64,000 nt of DNA from Blepharisma stoltei ATCC 30299 (Eukaryota; Protista; Ciliophora): assembly GCA_965603825.1 (NCBI GenBank), contig CBFDEM010000036.1:434001-498000 (forward strand), given 5' to 3'. A program made the position numbers and the translations under genes. Under the pieces are notes generated by a model, which was not told the DNA's origin, searched no databases, and saw only the letters and a list, made by a program, of their open reading frames with translations. Below are positions 37,289 to 49,015 of this stretch, piece after piece (within the stretch, counting starts at the first letter, position 1; each line of letters starts with the position of its first letter).

Positions 37289-38466
37289 ACTATACTAAAA
37301 ATAAAATTAAGAATATAGCTCAACCAAAGATTGAGATAAAATTTGAATGTCTTTAGGAGCAAAGCCAATATTTGCATTAATTTTAATAACAACAAGCTGT
37401 TTGAGAAATTTTATATTTTATGTTTTGTGAAGTTATTTAGTTTGGAGATTTATTAAATAGCTGACAGAGAAGTTTAAGTTGAAGGAGAAGCTACTCTAAA
37501 TAAAGGAATAGAAAGAGAGCTTTATGCAATCTTAGATTAGAAATAAGCTCTAAACTCCATCACAATTTTCATAGATATTTTTATCTAAAAAAATGATTAG
37601 CATTTTACAAAAAAGAAAAGAATACTCATAGAGGGCATTATTTATCTGTGAAACTGTACTCTGAGTACAATCTTTCAGTATATCCAATTAAACAAAATTA
37701 TTAGGCGTAGTTTTAAAAAGTCTAACAACTAATTTAATTTATTCAAGGAAATTTTCAATGATATTTCTTTACTGAAAGTTAGAAGATATGCGAAGGCACA
37801 ATAATCTTTAGACAATAATGTAATTTCACATCGCATTTATAATTGATAATTAAATATTAATTATTTAAATTTTAAGATAAAGTTCTTATGCTTGGTTAGG
37901 ACAAGTTATAGGAATATCCTCCAAAAATTCCTGCTCTATAAAAATCATAGAGGTTTTCTCTTGAACAAAAGAAGACTCAGATAACTCAAATTCCTGCCTC
38001 AATTTCAGTATGCTTCTTGTTGTAATATATATTAAATGTTTTAATTTTAAAAGTCTCCAAAATGGTTTATTTAATTAAATTATTGATTAAAGAATAAAGA
38101 TTTTAATGAGAATTCAACTAAAATGCAAATATCTTTATTTTTATAATGAATCTTCTCGATTATTTATCTTTATATTTAAATATTAATTGTTTAGCTTAGC
38201 ACATTTTCAAATGTTCCTAACTCCTATTAATTGTTTTCTAATAATTTAATCCTATTAAATTGCTGCAAAATTTAAACTAGCTATGCTTATTATTAAAGAA
38301 ATTTTATATTGGAATCTTATAAGATTTTAGATTAAAACGAATCCTATTGATTATCTAAAACTCTCATGATTACAGAAACTTTTTATCCTTAAAAACTTCC
38401 AGTATTATGAATTAAATTATTGATATGACCCTGGAATAAGAAAATTAATACTCATATTTCATAAAT

Positions 38467-40709
38467 ATGAATAAACTTGAATCCAGTCTAGTCTCTTGGG
38501 TAATTTTACTATGTAGATAAACAGCAATAATCTCTCATATGGCTGCCACTCAATTGACGATCTATCTGATGGCCTTCTCCTCTACGAATTCATGAGCCAA
38601 ATGTAATATTTATATAGTTCTCCTGACACTTTCCAATCTCAGCTATCAGAAGATTCATTTAATGCTTCTGCAAAGACCACAAACTTAAATAAACTCCTGA
38701 GAGGGCTAGAAACATTTTATTATGAAGAGCTTGGCAAAGATTTCTCTAATTTATTTCAAAACATCGATACTTCAGCCATTGCAAGAAATAATGATCGATC
38801 TCAGCTTTTATCATTGCTAGAATTAATTATGGGAGCAGCAATAAAATGCAAAAATAAAGAAACTTATATTGCAAGAATTGTTTCTCAAAATGAAGCTGTC
38901 CAGTCCGAACTTATGGGTTTCATTGAAAATGTTCTAAGCAAGCTTGAAAATTATTCATATAATGAAGACAAAGATATAAGAGCCGAACTTATGAACTTAA
39001 AGCAAGAAAAAAGGACCTTGAAAATGCAGCTCGATGATGCCAAAAAAGAATTAGAAGACCTTTCCTACAGGCAAGATGATTTGATGTTGGATAGAGATAG
39101 ACTTTTAAATAGGGTGAGAGAACTGGAAGCTGAGCTCGACAAAAAAGTGTCGAAAAAAGGAAATTCTGATATTTCTATACTGACAGTCCAGCTAGAAGCC
39201 CAGATAAACCAAAAAGAAATCACAATTCAGGAACTGAAAAACCAAATCAACGATTTGAAAAAGCAGCACCAAGGAGAAATTCTAAAGCTTAGAGATGAGC
39301 TTGACATGGCTCATGAAAAAATCATCCAGCTAAGCAAGGCAGAAGCAACTTTAGATATCTATAAAAAGAGGTTAGAAGAGCTTAATCAATACAAAATAAA
39401 AGTAAAAGACATCCAAGATGAGAGGGATTCGCTAAAAGACAAACTTGCACAGTATGAAGAAGACGTCAATGGAGCTCATAGTTTAGAGCAAACTTTGAAC
39501 TATTATAAAGAACAGTTTTCAGCTGAAAAAGAAAAAAGCGCAACCCTTTTATTGTCACTGGACGAAAAAGAGAAAATCCTAAAAGAGTGCCAAAAGGCTA
39601 AAAAGGAGCTTGAAGAAAAAAGGCAGTTTTTAGAAGCCAAAAATAAAGAACTTAACGAAGAAATAGAGCAACTGAGATTTGGAGGAGAAACTAGTAATGA
39701 CAGTTTCTCACTAAATAAAGGCTTCCAATCTGAGCTAGAAGAGCGCATTAACTTTTTATCAGCTGAAAACAAAATTCTAAAATCTCAAATGGGCAACCAG
39801 CGAATTTTGCAGGAATTAAATGAACAAATGGATATTGCCATTTTAGCGAAGAAAACTGCTGAAGAAAACCTGCTGAACGAAAGAAAACTTACAAGGAAAA
39901 AGACACAAGAAATAGATGCCTTGAATGATGAAGTTGCAAACTTAAGAGAAGGATTGAGAAAGCTAGAAGAAGATAATCAAACAGCTGAAACTATGATCCA
40001 CAATATGAGAAACTCTATTAAGCAGCTAGAAAAAGAAAAATCTGAATTAATTGAGTCAAAAACTGAACTGGACAAACTCAAAGTAGAAAAAGAGTCTCAT
40101 TCTTTAGAAATGAAAAACTTGTTTAGGGAAAAAGAAGAAATCATCCAAAGACTTATGGCATGTAAGGAAGAGGTCCACAAATTAGAAAATCAGCTCACAC
40201 AAAAAGAAATTATGCTTAAATCTGCACAAATAGATTTAGAACAAGCGCAGCACAGAGTTAGCGTCGCACAAGAAAAAGAAAAGTTTGCTTTAAGCCAGCT
40301 TGAAGCTCTAAAAAAGAAAGAAACTGACGAACTGGAAGGTCTTAGCAAAATTAAGCTACTGGAAATGGAAAGAGATATCATGAAAACAAACAAAGAAATC
40401 GCAGTCTGCATGCTTGAACTTAAAGAAAAAGACAGTTTAATCGCCAGCTTGCAAGCTGAAAAAAATAAGCTTGAAGAAGATCTCAAAAACTCTATTAGTA
40501 AAGTCGATGAAATTAACAGCCAGAAATCAAAAGAAGAAATATTGGCTTTGAAAGACTTCATAAAGCAAAAAGAATTAGAAATTGAATATTTGGTAACTGA
40601 AAAAGAAGAATCTAAGATAGCATATGATAAAGAGATGAAGCTGATGAGCATAATTGTGCATGAAATCGGCTGTGAAATAATGAAGAATAGACCTAAAAAG
40701 AGTGAATAA
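38467..40709 (+). CDS. HOOK: HOOK-family dynein adaptor (Hook/CH domain + long coiled coil, about 736 aa)
   Basis: Spliced N-terminus MNKLESSLVSW|INS...DDLSDGLLLYEFMSQI|SP...NLNKLLRGLETFYYEEL...LLELIMGAAIKCKNKETYIARI; C-terminal EMKLMSIIVHEIG. Confidence 0.85.
38500..38516 (+). other. 17-nt intron (GTAATTTTACTATGTAG)
   Basis: Required to join ATG 38467 to the Hook-domain frame; GT..AG with A at -6. Confidence 0.75.
38603..38617 (+). other. 15-nt intron (GTAATATTTATATAG)
   Basis: Removes an in-frame TAA and restores SQISPDTF. Confidence 0.88.
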
Positions 40710-40733
40710 TTTATCGATATATTATAAATAATC

Positions 40734-41537
40734 CTAAGATTCCCACAATCTTTTGATTGGATCGTTTTGGAAATCATATTTTGAAACCGTCTGCTTCTTA
40801 ACTTCTTCAAATCTTTTTTTATTTTGTTCGTCCACAGTTGCCAAGCTATTGTTAAAAATTTTTTGGTCAACTTTGTTAGCTTGAATTTTCCTGGGAATTT
40901 CAACTGGGACAGGTAAGCGCCTTGGCTTTGGCTTTGTCAGATTAAAAGGCTTCACCATAATGGTGTGCTTCTCTTTTGTTTTTTCCTTATCTTCCTCTTC
41001 TTCTCCTTCGCTTTGCTGAGTTTTTTGTCCAGTAGCCCTAAGTGAAAGTGATTCCAGAAGATTTCTCATCTCTATTTTTCTACTAGTAGCCTTTGAGATA
41101 ATTTCATTGTCTATAAACTTGTAATCATACACTTCGCACCAAGACTCTCTTACATGTTCTCTAAGCAATTCTTCATCAAAAAGAAAGCTTAAAAGAACAT
41201 GCATTTTTAATTGTTCCTGGGTATCTACAAGTCGCTTAAAATTCTTGATACCAAGCTCATCTAATCTGAATAAAGCTAAATAGCTGATGATCATAAAAGG
41301 GTATGAGTCATTGCTGTTTGTAGAAGTGGCATGGACTTTGAATATTGCTCTATTCAGTCTCCTAAGGAATTCTCGATAACGGTTTACGCCATAGAAGACT
41401 TGCTGCAGAAAAACTGTTTCATTTTTATCTTCATTCTTTACAGATGCTCTTTGAAAGTGAGTATCAGGAGAATCGGTGACAGGGTTATATGTTTGCAATA
41501 AGTCGATACATTTTGGAATAAGTTCTTCCCAGCTCAT
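40734..41537 (-). CDS. CFAP99-like cilia-associated protein (N-terminal region only, 267 aa)
   Basis: YLALFRLDELG, KMHVLLSFLFD, WCEVYD and VKPFNLTKPKPR motifs recalled from CFAP99. Confidence 0.65.
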   Translation of the reverse strand: MSWEELIPKCIDLLQTYNPVTDSPDTHFQRASVKNEDKNETVFLQQVFYGVNRYREFLRRLNRAIFKVHATSTNSNDSYPFMIISYLALFRLDELGIKNFKRLVDTQEQLKMHVLLSFLFDEELLREHVRESWCEVYDYKFIDNEIISKATSRKIEMRNLLESLSLRATGQKTQQSEGEEEEDKEKTKEKHTIMVKPFNLTKPKPRRLPVPVEIPRKIQANKVDQKIFNNSLATVDEQNKKRFEEVKKQTVSKYDFQNDPIKRLWES

Positions 41538-41609
41538 ATTTTTATTTATTTGCCGAAAATTTATTATTTAGAATATTGAAACGATTGCGATTAGTTTAGG
41601 TATTTTCAC

Positions 41610-42263
41610 TTATAATTTTGGCGCAATTACACTTATTCCGAATCCTTGAAGCTTACTTGGAAGCAAGATAGCTTTTTCAGGCATTAAAACGAGCCCTCCT
41701 TCAATCCCTTCAATAACTCTCGTCTGAATCAAAGCTATTTTTTCAGTTAAGACTAAAGCCAAAAATCCTGGAGCATGGGAATTTAAAAATATTTCTTGGG
41801 AAAGAACTCCATAAGGTGATGCAATAATATTTATTGCTCGTTGAGCTGGAGCAGAGATCTCATTAGTGACTTCACCTTCAAACACCATAAATGCATAATT
41901 TTCTTTTAATAGGTCCTTAAACTCACATAATTCTTTCATAAAAAATACTTTAATAAGGTTGAGTTTTTCCCATGTCTCATTTTGCATTATCCAAAACAAA
42001 GCTGTTGTTTTAGGGTTTATAATTTCTAGGTTATTATAAAGAGTTGATTGGTCATCCTCATTTAGTATTCATTTAATGTGAGAAGTGCAAGTAAGAACCT
42101 TTCCGTCAATCACTAATCCTGATGTAGAAAAACTTAAAAGGTCATCGTTTTTTTCGCTGATTTAACGTTACAATAGGCTATAGAATTTGAGCTCTTTTCG
42201 ATACTTTCCTTCTTGATCCTAATTAATTTGTACAAGAACTTGAAATAAAACAGTTCCTGCCAT
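41610..42263 (-). CDS. TYSND1/DEG15 N-terminal protease-like domain protein with PTS1-like end (-PKL), about 207 aa
   Basis: Two 15-nt introns and one TGA. FSTSGLVI...VLTC and ASPYGVLSQEIFLNS..PG...TRVIEGIEGG resemble TYSND1 GSPFG...FLNTLS.G...RCLPGTEGG. Confidence 0.62.
42157..42171 (-). other. 15-nt intron (GTAACGTTAAATCAG)
   Basis: Removes in-frame TAA codons; A at -6. Confidence 0.82.
42219..42233 (-). other. 15-nt intron (GTACAAATTAATTAG)
   Basis: Removes an in-frame TAG; A at -6. Confidence 0.8.
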
Positions 42264-42364
42264 AAGTCTAGGGTTAATAATAAATATTAATTATTCATAT
42301 AAATCCCAAAATTTCTGCCAAACTTGTTTACATCTGTTATTGAGGAATAAAATTTTGTTTTGGT

Positions 42365-44494
42365 TTAAACCAATTTCTTTTTAACAGCAACAGGTGGTTT
42401 AACCTGCAAGCTCGGTTTTGGTATTTTAGGACTGCTTGATACTTCAGGTCTTGCTGATTTTCCTAAATTCGGCCTGCTTTTAAGCCCTCCACTTTTGCTT
42501 TGCTGCATATCAGCTCTTGCTTTGGCTGCTAGCTCATCGACCATTCTCTTTTTCTTTTCATCCTGCTCTCTGGATTCCTGCCCTCCCTGTTCTTCTTCAA
42601 ATTTCAGCTTTTTCTGCTCATTTCTCTGCATTTCTTCACTTTGCAATTTATTATTGAATTCCTCACTTTTCAAGATGTTCCTCGAAACTTGAGCCAATTC
42701 TCTTACTGATTGTACAGGGTCTTCAATTAAATTGGCTAAAACGTTTTTTAATTGTGTAATTCCTTGATTTTGGAGGGATTCTCTTATTTGAGGCACCATT
42801 GATACAAATTTAATACGGACAGCGCTTACACTGTCACTTCCAAGCCTAATAGTTTCGTCCGCGAAAATTGAAGAAAAAAATTGTTTTGATTGCAATGGCA
42901 AAATATTCTGAATGAAATAGAGAAAAGTAATTCTGTCATTACAAAAATTTGACCTTGCAAATCTATCTTTTAAAATGTTACAAATATCGAGCTTGCGAGC
43001 CATATAGTAATTCTGATACATAATATTGGCTAAGAGCTCAGCAGACGATATTTTTAATGGCCATGAGCCAGATTGCATTTTGTATATAAGAAGAGGGACA
43101 AATATGTCGATAATATCTTTCATAGGAAACTGTAAAAATGCTTCCTTGATTTGCGCTAAATAGCTTAATTGTGTTCTTCAATTCGATGCATTTATTATTG
43201 CTGCGAATTTTGAAAGCAACTCAGATGCTTGGAAATGGTATTGCCAATGCTGAATATTTTTAAGCATTGCAAGCTGAGTTTGAGGGTTTTCAAATAGCTG
43301 TGTTGATATTTTTCTCACTATTTTACAGTTTGGATCATGCCTCACGATTTCATGCAAGCCAGCTGCGACATTCATTCTTACTTCCATTTCTTCGTCACTT
43401 GCAAGCTTCGTAATGATCCCTTTTAGGTTCTTGCAAGCTCCCAGAGCTAAATAAACTCCAGGAATGTTAAACGCTAAATTTTTTCTGACTGTGAAATCTG
43501 AATCTGCTAATTTTGTTAGGATTTCTATGCATAAAGCTCTATCTTCTTTAGTAATTATCGATTTCATAGAAATAAATAAAGGGCCTATCTGCTGCGATAA
43601 GTTTACTTGAACACTGGCAGACGCTTCGACTAAAAGTTCAGCTTTTATTATAGGCATTGCTTCAGCTTCTAAAAACGCAATCGATAAATAAGGTAATAAC
43701 TGAATAAATAGGCTAATTGCTTCAGCTTTAACGGCTGGAGCAGCATCATGCACAAGCTTAACTGCTTCAAAAAAAATGAGCTCTTCAATCACAGAACCAC
43801 CAATAACTTTTGCAATTGAAAACCATGACTTGCACATTTCTTGCCTCACTTCTGCATTTGTGTCTTGGGATAATGCTTTGGCTCTCTGCAAAATCTGTCC
43901 TTTGAATTCTTTTCCTAAGACTTCTGCAAGACTGTTTATTAATTGGCATGAAACTTGCCGGGAGATAGGTTTTTGAGTATAATCAGATAACAAAATTATC
44001 ATAGGAATTACTTTTGATTTTATCAAATCAACAGATACTTGCAATATAAGTGCGTTAAATACTGGCATCCATGCATCTAATATAGTTCGAGAATAAAAGC
44101 TAAGAAATGTTACTGCAAGCTCTAATGTATCTTGAAAAAAACGGTTAGGGAGATATTTTTTCTTTACAGTGTTTAGTAAGCCGATGCCTGCAGCTATTTG
44201 CATTTGCTCATCTCAACTCATTATTTGAGACTAATTAGGACTTACAAATATTCGGCTCAAAATTCTTGTTCCGCCTTCTTTTATGACAATGTCGAGATTG
44301 TTTAAGACTCAAATCTTTTGGGGTGGAAATCCTGACTCAAGTAATTGAATTCCTTTTTCAGCTTCAGAAATTCCATCTTGGGTTGACCATAAATTAAGCT
44401 CGGCATCAGTCTATCTGGGGGTTACCTTGAGAATTCCGGAGCTGCATTCGGCCTCAGGAACTGACTCATTCATTCAGTCAAGAGAAAAATCCAT
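42365..44494 (-). CDS. PPP4R4: PP4 regulatory subunit 4-like HEAT-repeat protein (about 699 aa)
   Basis: Spliced N-terminus LK|TDAELNLWSTQDGISEAEKGIQLLESG...VLNNL...EQMQIAA parallels PPP4R4 LKTPEEI...LSDIERAVYLLSAG...EMQLTAA. HEAT repeats follow (LSQDTNAEVRQ, LASDEEMEVR, N(W)RTQ, DSVSAVR). Confidence 0.75.
44231..44245 (-). other. 15-nt intron (GTAAGTCCTAATTAG)
   Basis: Removes an in-frame TAG; canonical GTAAGT donor. Confidence 0.88.
44411..44425 (-). other. 15-nt intron (GTAACCCCCAGATAG)
   Basis: Removes an in-frame TAG and restores the LK|T motif; A at -6. Confidence 0.82.
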
Positions 44495-45002
44495 ATTCCT
44501 TAAAAAATAAAATGAATCTTAAAGGGAAGAAAAACATGAAACGATTCGAATTAGAGCATAAAAGTAAATTATAAGGAAAATATTTGAATCACTTGATAAT
44601 AATTACTATTAATAATATTAGGGTTTTGATAAGCTGGGAATGAGATTACTGGGTTGATTTATGATGTTTTTTAAATATTTTATGTAATAAAAACTAAATT
44701 AATCATTAAATTTAAATTAGCTGGAAGATTGCAGCTTTAAATAAACCAATAGAATAATATTAGATAATTATGAAAATACTTTCATTTAGCTACCTATATT
44801 ATGAATTTCCAAATTCAGCAAAAAGAGAGGCATCTCAAATGTCAAAATACTAAAAATTGTTGAAACGTAGAATCCGTATGAAAAATCCAACTGCATTTTC
44901 TATTTGTATAAAAAAAAATTATTAAAAAATTATATTATGTGCTATTCCAGAAATATTCATGTCAATATCCTTAGAATAATGTGCTCTTGGTATTTAATTT
45001 AA

Positions 45003-47279
45003 ATGGAAAGTAAACGAGTTTCCTGAAAGCAATCTAAAGACCTATCATCTCAATATAATGAGCTCGCCAGCAAATTTGATAACGCAATAAAACCTCTGAC
45101 TCTTGAAGAAATAAATTCCAAAAATCGATTCCCTCAAATGGTGTGGGAAAGAATGGATAGTGCTGATAATATAAAGAAAAGCAGTGAGCATTTGAGAAGA
45201 GAGTTAGAATTAATTAGCAGCAAAAAAGAGCGTGATTTTCAAAGTCAAAAAGGTCCTAGCGAGAGTATGTGGAAAAAGCACGAGAAATTGCTCGAAGAAT
45301 TGGAAAGTGATTCTGAGCTTCTTCCAAAGCCAAAAAATTCAATGCAGAAATCATCAAAATTGTCATTCCTTGATGTTATCTCAAATCACGAAGTAAAAGA
45401 ATTCATGAAAAAATACTACAAAGAAAGCGATGAAATTACTACAAAAGAATTCATAGACTGCTTAGAATTCGAATACCCACTATTGATGGATACTGAAGGA
45501 ATAAAAGAAGAGCTTGCACAAATTTTATCAATCGGAGGCCAAAAAACAATATCGCTCAATGCTTTGGAGATTTTTACAAGAGACCAAGGCCTTGAAAATT
45601 CAATCGCAGCATTGAAGACTCAAATAATAGAAAATATTCAAGACAGCAAAAAGCAAATCAATGCACAGATAGTTGATGAGCTTATGGATATAAAAGATGC
45701 TCTTGATATAAAAAGCCAAGAACTTGACCAAAGAGAAGAAGAAGTTAGCTTTAAAGAAAAAGAAATTCTAGACAGAGAAGAAAATCTGATGAGCGATATT
45801 CAAGAAAGAGTGCTGACCTATGCTAATCAAGCGAGGGAAAAAATTAAAAGCGAAATTAATGTGCAGCTCAAGAGACTAAAATCGCTTGAAGAAACTGTTT
45901 CTGATAAGCTTAAACTGCTTAAGTCTAAACTAGAGCCAAAGAAGACTGGTACAGATTTTAGCAAATCCCAAGATGCTAACGCAAATAAATATAAGGCAAG
46001 GATTCAAAGTTTGGAGAAGTCAAACGAGCACTTGAAAAATAAATTAAATACAATAGAAGCGGAATCTAAAAATGATAAAAATGCCATTTTGAAGCTACAA
46101 GAAGAAATTTCAAGGTTGAAATCACGCAATTCCATGCTAGAGCAGTCTGTTATGCAAAAATCAAAGATAATTGAGCCTGAAAAAGTGGTAACCCCAACCC
46201 CTATCACGGTTGAAAAAGAGTCAACTAAGTTAATATCTATGACACCAGAGCTCTCGATTAGCATTAATACAATTTACACACTTTTAAACTGCAGCAGACT
46301 CACAGTTTCATATATAGCAGCTCCTTCAAGTCCTCGCTCCGTAGCATCTCATAGAACGAGCATCATTACAGACGATGTTCAAGGAAATATTGGTGAAATT
46401 TATTACCCTTCGTTCAATACTCTGGCTCCCCAACTGATTGAGCTTCTTCCCTTTATCGACAAACTTAAGAATTGCCAGGCTCAATTTACAATGCTTTGGG
46501 GTTTATGAGAGTTACTAATTTTTGCACAAAACAATCATACAGATAATGTTGAACGGAGATATTGTCCAAATAATTTAGAATTTATTCCATCCACAGAAGT
46601 CTGAAAGAAAAAATTAGCACAGGGCAAGCCCAAGTCATCAAGAAGACCTCTATATCAATTATTTTCATCAAATTCGATTCATAAAGCAATTGGATATTAC
46701 TTATCAAAATTGATCGAAAAGAAAGGAAAGAATCAAAGATCGAAAGAAATAATCCAACTATCATTGATTTCATCTCTATTAGCGTTGCTTCTTTCAATAT
46801 CCAAAAAAAGAATAGAAATTGCTCTATTGAATATCAAAAATTTGATCACAGATCCAGATAACCAGGATACTGTGGTTGACATACTTTTAGTAGACATCAA
46901 AGGAAGCATTCAAACGATTCTTCATTTCTTGGAATTATCTGATGAGCTATCATGCCATGCAATAGATATTCTTCTTTCTTTAACAATAGATCAGTCCTAC
47001 TTCTCTTATTTTATCCAGCAATGCCAAAATCAACAGGTTATTATCACAATTTCTGAAGCTTGCAGAAAAGTTGTAGCTAGAGGACTGAGATCTGGCAAGG
47101 CAGAAGAATTTGAAGAAAGCTTATTGATTTTGCTGCAAAGATTAACCTCACAAGAAAGTTTGAGATCCCTATTTAGAGAGCAAGGGATCTGTGAAATTCT
47201 TTTGCAAAGATCTAGGAATTGCGAGGACCAAGGCTTTTTCACAAGCAATTTAAATTCAATTATAAGAAATTTAACTTAA
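45003..47279 (+). CDS. CCDC138-like coiled-coil + ARM-like C-terminal protein
   Basis: One frame from ATG 45003 through three TGA. C-terminus AIDILL...LLILLQRL...FFTSNLNSIIRNL recalls CCDC138. Confidence 0.55.
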
Positions 47280-47441
47280 TGAAATTTAATCTTTTATTGT
47301 AGATTTTATGCAAACTTGCATGTACGCACAATATAACTTATCAACAATAAATTTTTACTAAATAGTAGCAATAAATTAATTGAACTCATCGTTTTATTTA
47401 ATAATACACACTATTTTTTATTTTTTTAATAAATATAAAAT

Positions 47442-48356
47442 CTATAAAAAATATTCAGGAGCTGGCTTCCTCGCTGGAACTTGTCTTTCATCTTCTGGCG
47501 CCGCTTCAAAAGTAATGAAATTTTGATTGAGATCGGAGTCAAGCTGCATAATAGCTGCGATGTTTCCACAACGATAACAATAGTTCGGGGCAGATCATAC
47601 AGTGATGAGTTTATTTTCAAACATGCACTTGTAACCCTCCATGACAAGTTGATGGGCTCTTGCTATTGTTTTTATATTGTTGAGTTTGCAAAACTCTCTT
47701 ACAATATTTCCTCCAAAGACATACCCTGCTCCTCTTGGTGAAAGCTCCCATCCATTAATTTCTTCAGGATCAGACCATAATAAATCACACATTGCTCCGT
47801 CATGAGGAACTTCTTGCTTTCTGTCAATTGCTCTTATTTCATCAAGAGAGCTTACGGAGGGTGATAACCCGCCATGAATGCAAAATACTTTTCCATCTAT
47901 AAGCGCACCTAACGGCAAATAATCGAAAATTTCTGTACAATAGCGCCATACGTTAGCACTCCCATATTTTCTAATGCATTCATCATAAAAGCCATAAACT
48001 TGGGTAATTTGTCTTGACTCATGATTTCCTCTTATAAGCATCATTCTGTCTGGATATTTTACTTTATAGGCTAATAAAAGAAGCCAAGTTTCAACGCTAA
48101 AATATCCGCGATCGACGAAATCTCCTAAAAATATGTAATTTGTTTCAGGAGGCTCTCCTCCTACTTTGAATAATTTCATGAGATCATAAAATTGTCCATG
48201 AATATCACCACATATGGTGATTGGAGAATTTATTCGATGAACATTGCTTTCTTCAATCAATAAATCTCTCGCCTTTGCACACAACTCTTTTACTTCAGAT
48301 TCTTTGATGTACTCGCATTGCTTAAGAAGCTCAATATCGCTATCTAGATCTGACAT
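47442..48356 (-). CDS. PPP4C: Ser/Thr protein phosphatase 4 catalytic subunit
   Basis: [57 protein letters not shown](TGA)[12 protein letters not shown]-terminal EYFL. Confidence 0.95.
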
Positions 48357-49015
48357 TATTTATACATTATCATATTTCGCAAAAAATGCTTATCTATTGA
48401 AGTAGTAAATTATTAATCTAATTTACTAATTTTCCTTCAATTTCATTAATTTTCTATGATTTTTAAAAGATCCAATTAATCAATCAGAATTTATAATTTT
48501 TTATAATTTGGCAACTTTTGGATAATAACATTTCTATAATCTTTTGCCAGTTGAATATTAATTTTTACAAAATCGGTTTTAATTTACCATCTTTGCAAAT
48601 TCTGGGGATTTCATAAAGATAAATATTTATAAAAATGATATTTTTATTTCCCGCTTCAATCGGTAAGCAATCTAACCTAACAAGAATTGCAAATTAAATC
48701 CTTAAATTAATAGTTCAAACAATTTCGTGTAGCTTTCTTTCGTAATCTATTATAAAGAGAAAACATACCAGTAATTACAAATTATCTTATTCCACATACA
48801 AAGGGCATTACCTGAAAATAATTGGCTACATAAATAAATTCATTAAATGACCCTCATAAAATGCTTTTAAATCTATCGATATTTATGTGAATTTCAAATT
48901 TGTTTTACTTAAGATACTCCACTGCTCGAAAACATAGAAAGTAAAACAACAATTTTAAATTTCTTCTGATAGAACTTAATATATGAATAGATTCTTAAAC
49001 AATAACTGCAAATAA

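Noticed and set aside
40190-40903. 237-aa minus-strand ORF and the other antisense or alternate-frame ORFs in the track (e.g. 399..617, 10412..10774, 11358..11753, 27525..27848, 39503..39772)
   Set aside because: They are shadows of real genes (S/F/L-rich reverse complements of K/E-rich coiled coils) with no motifs of their own.
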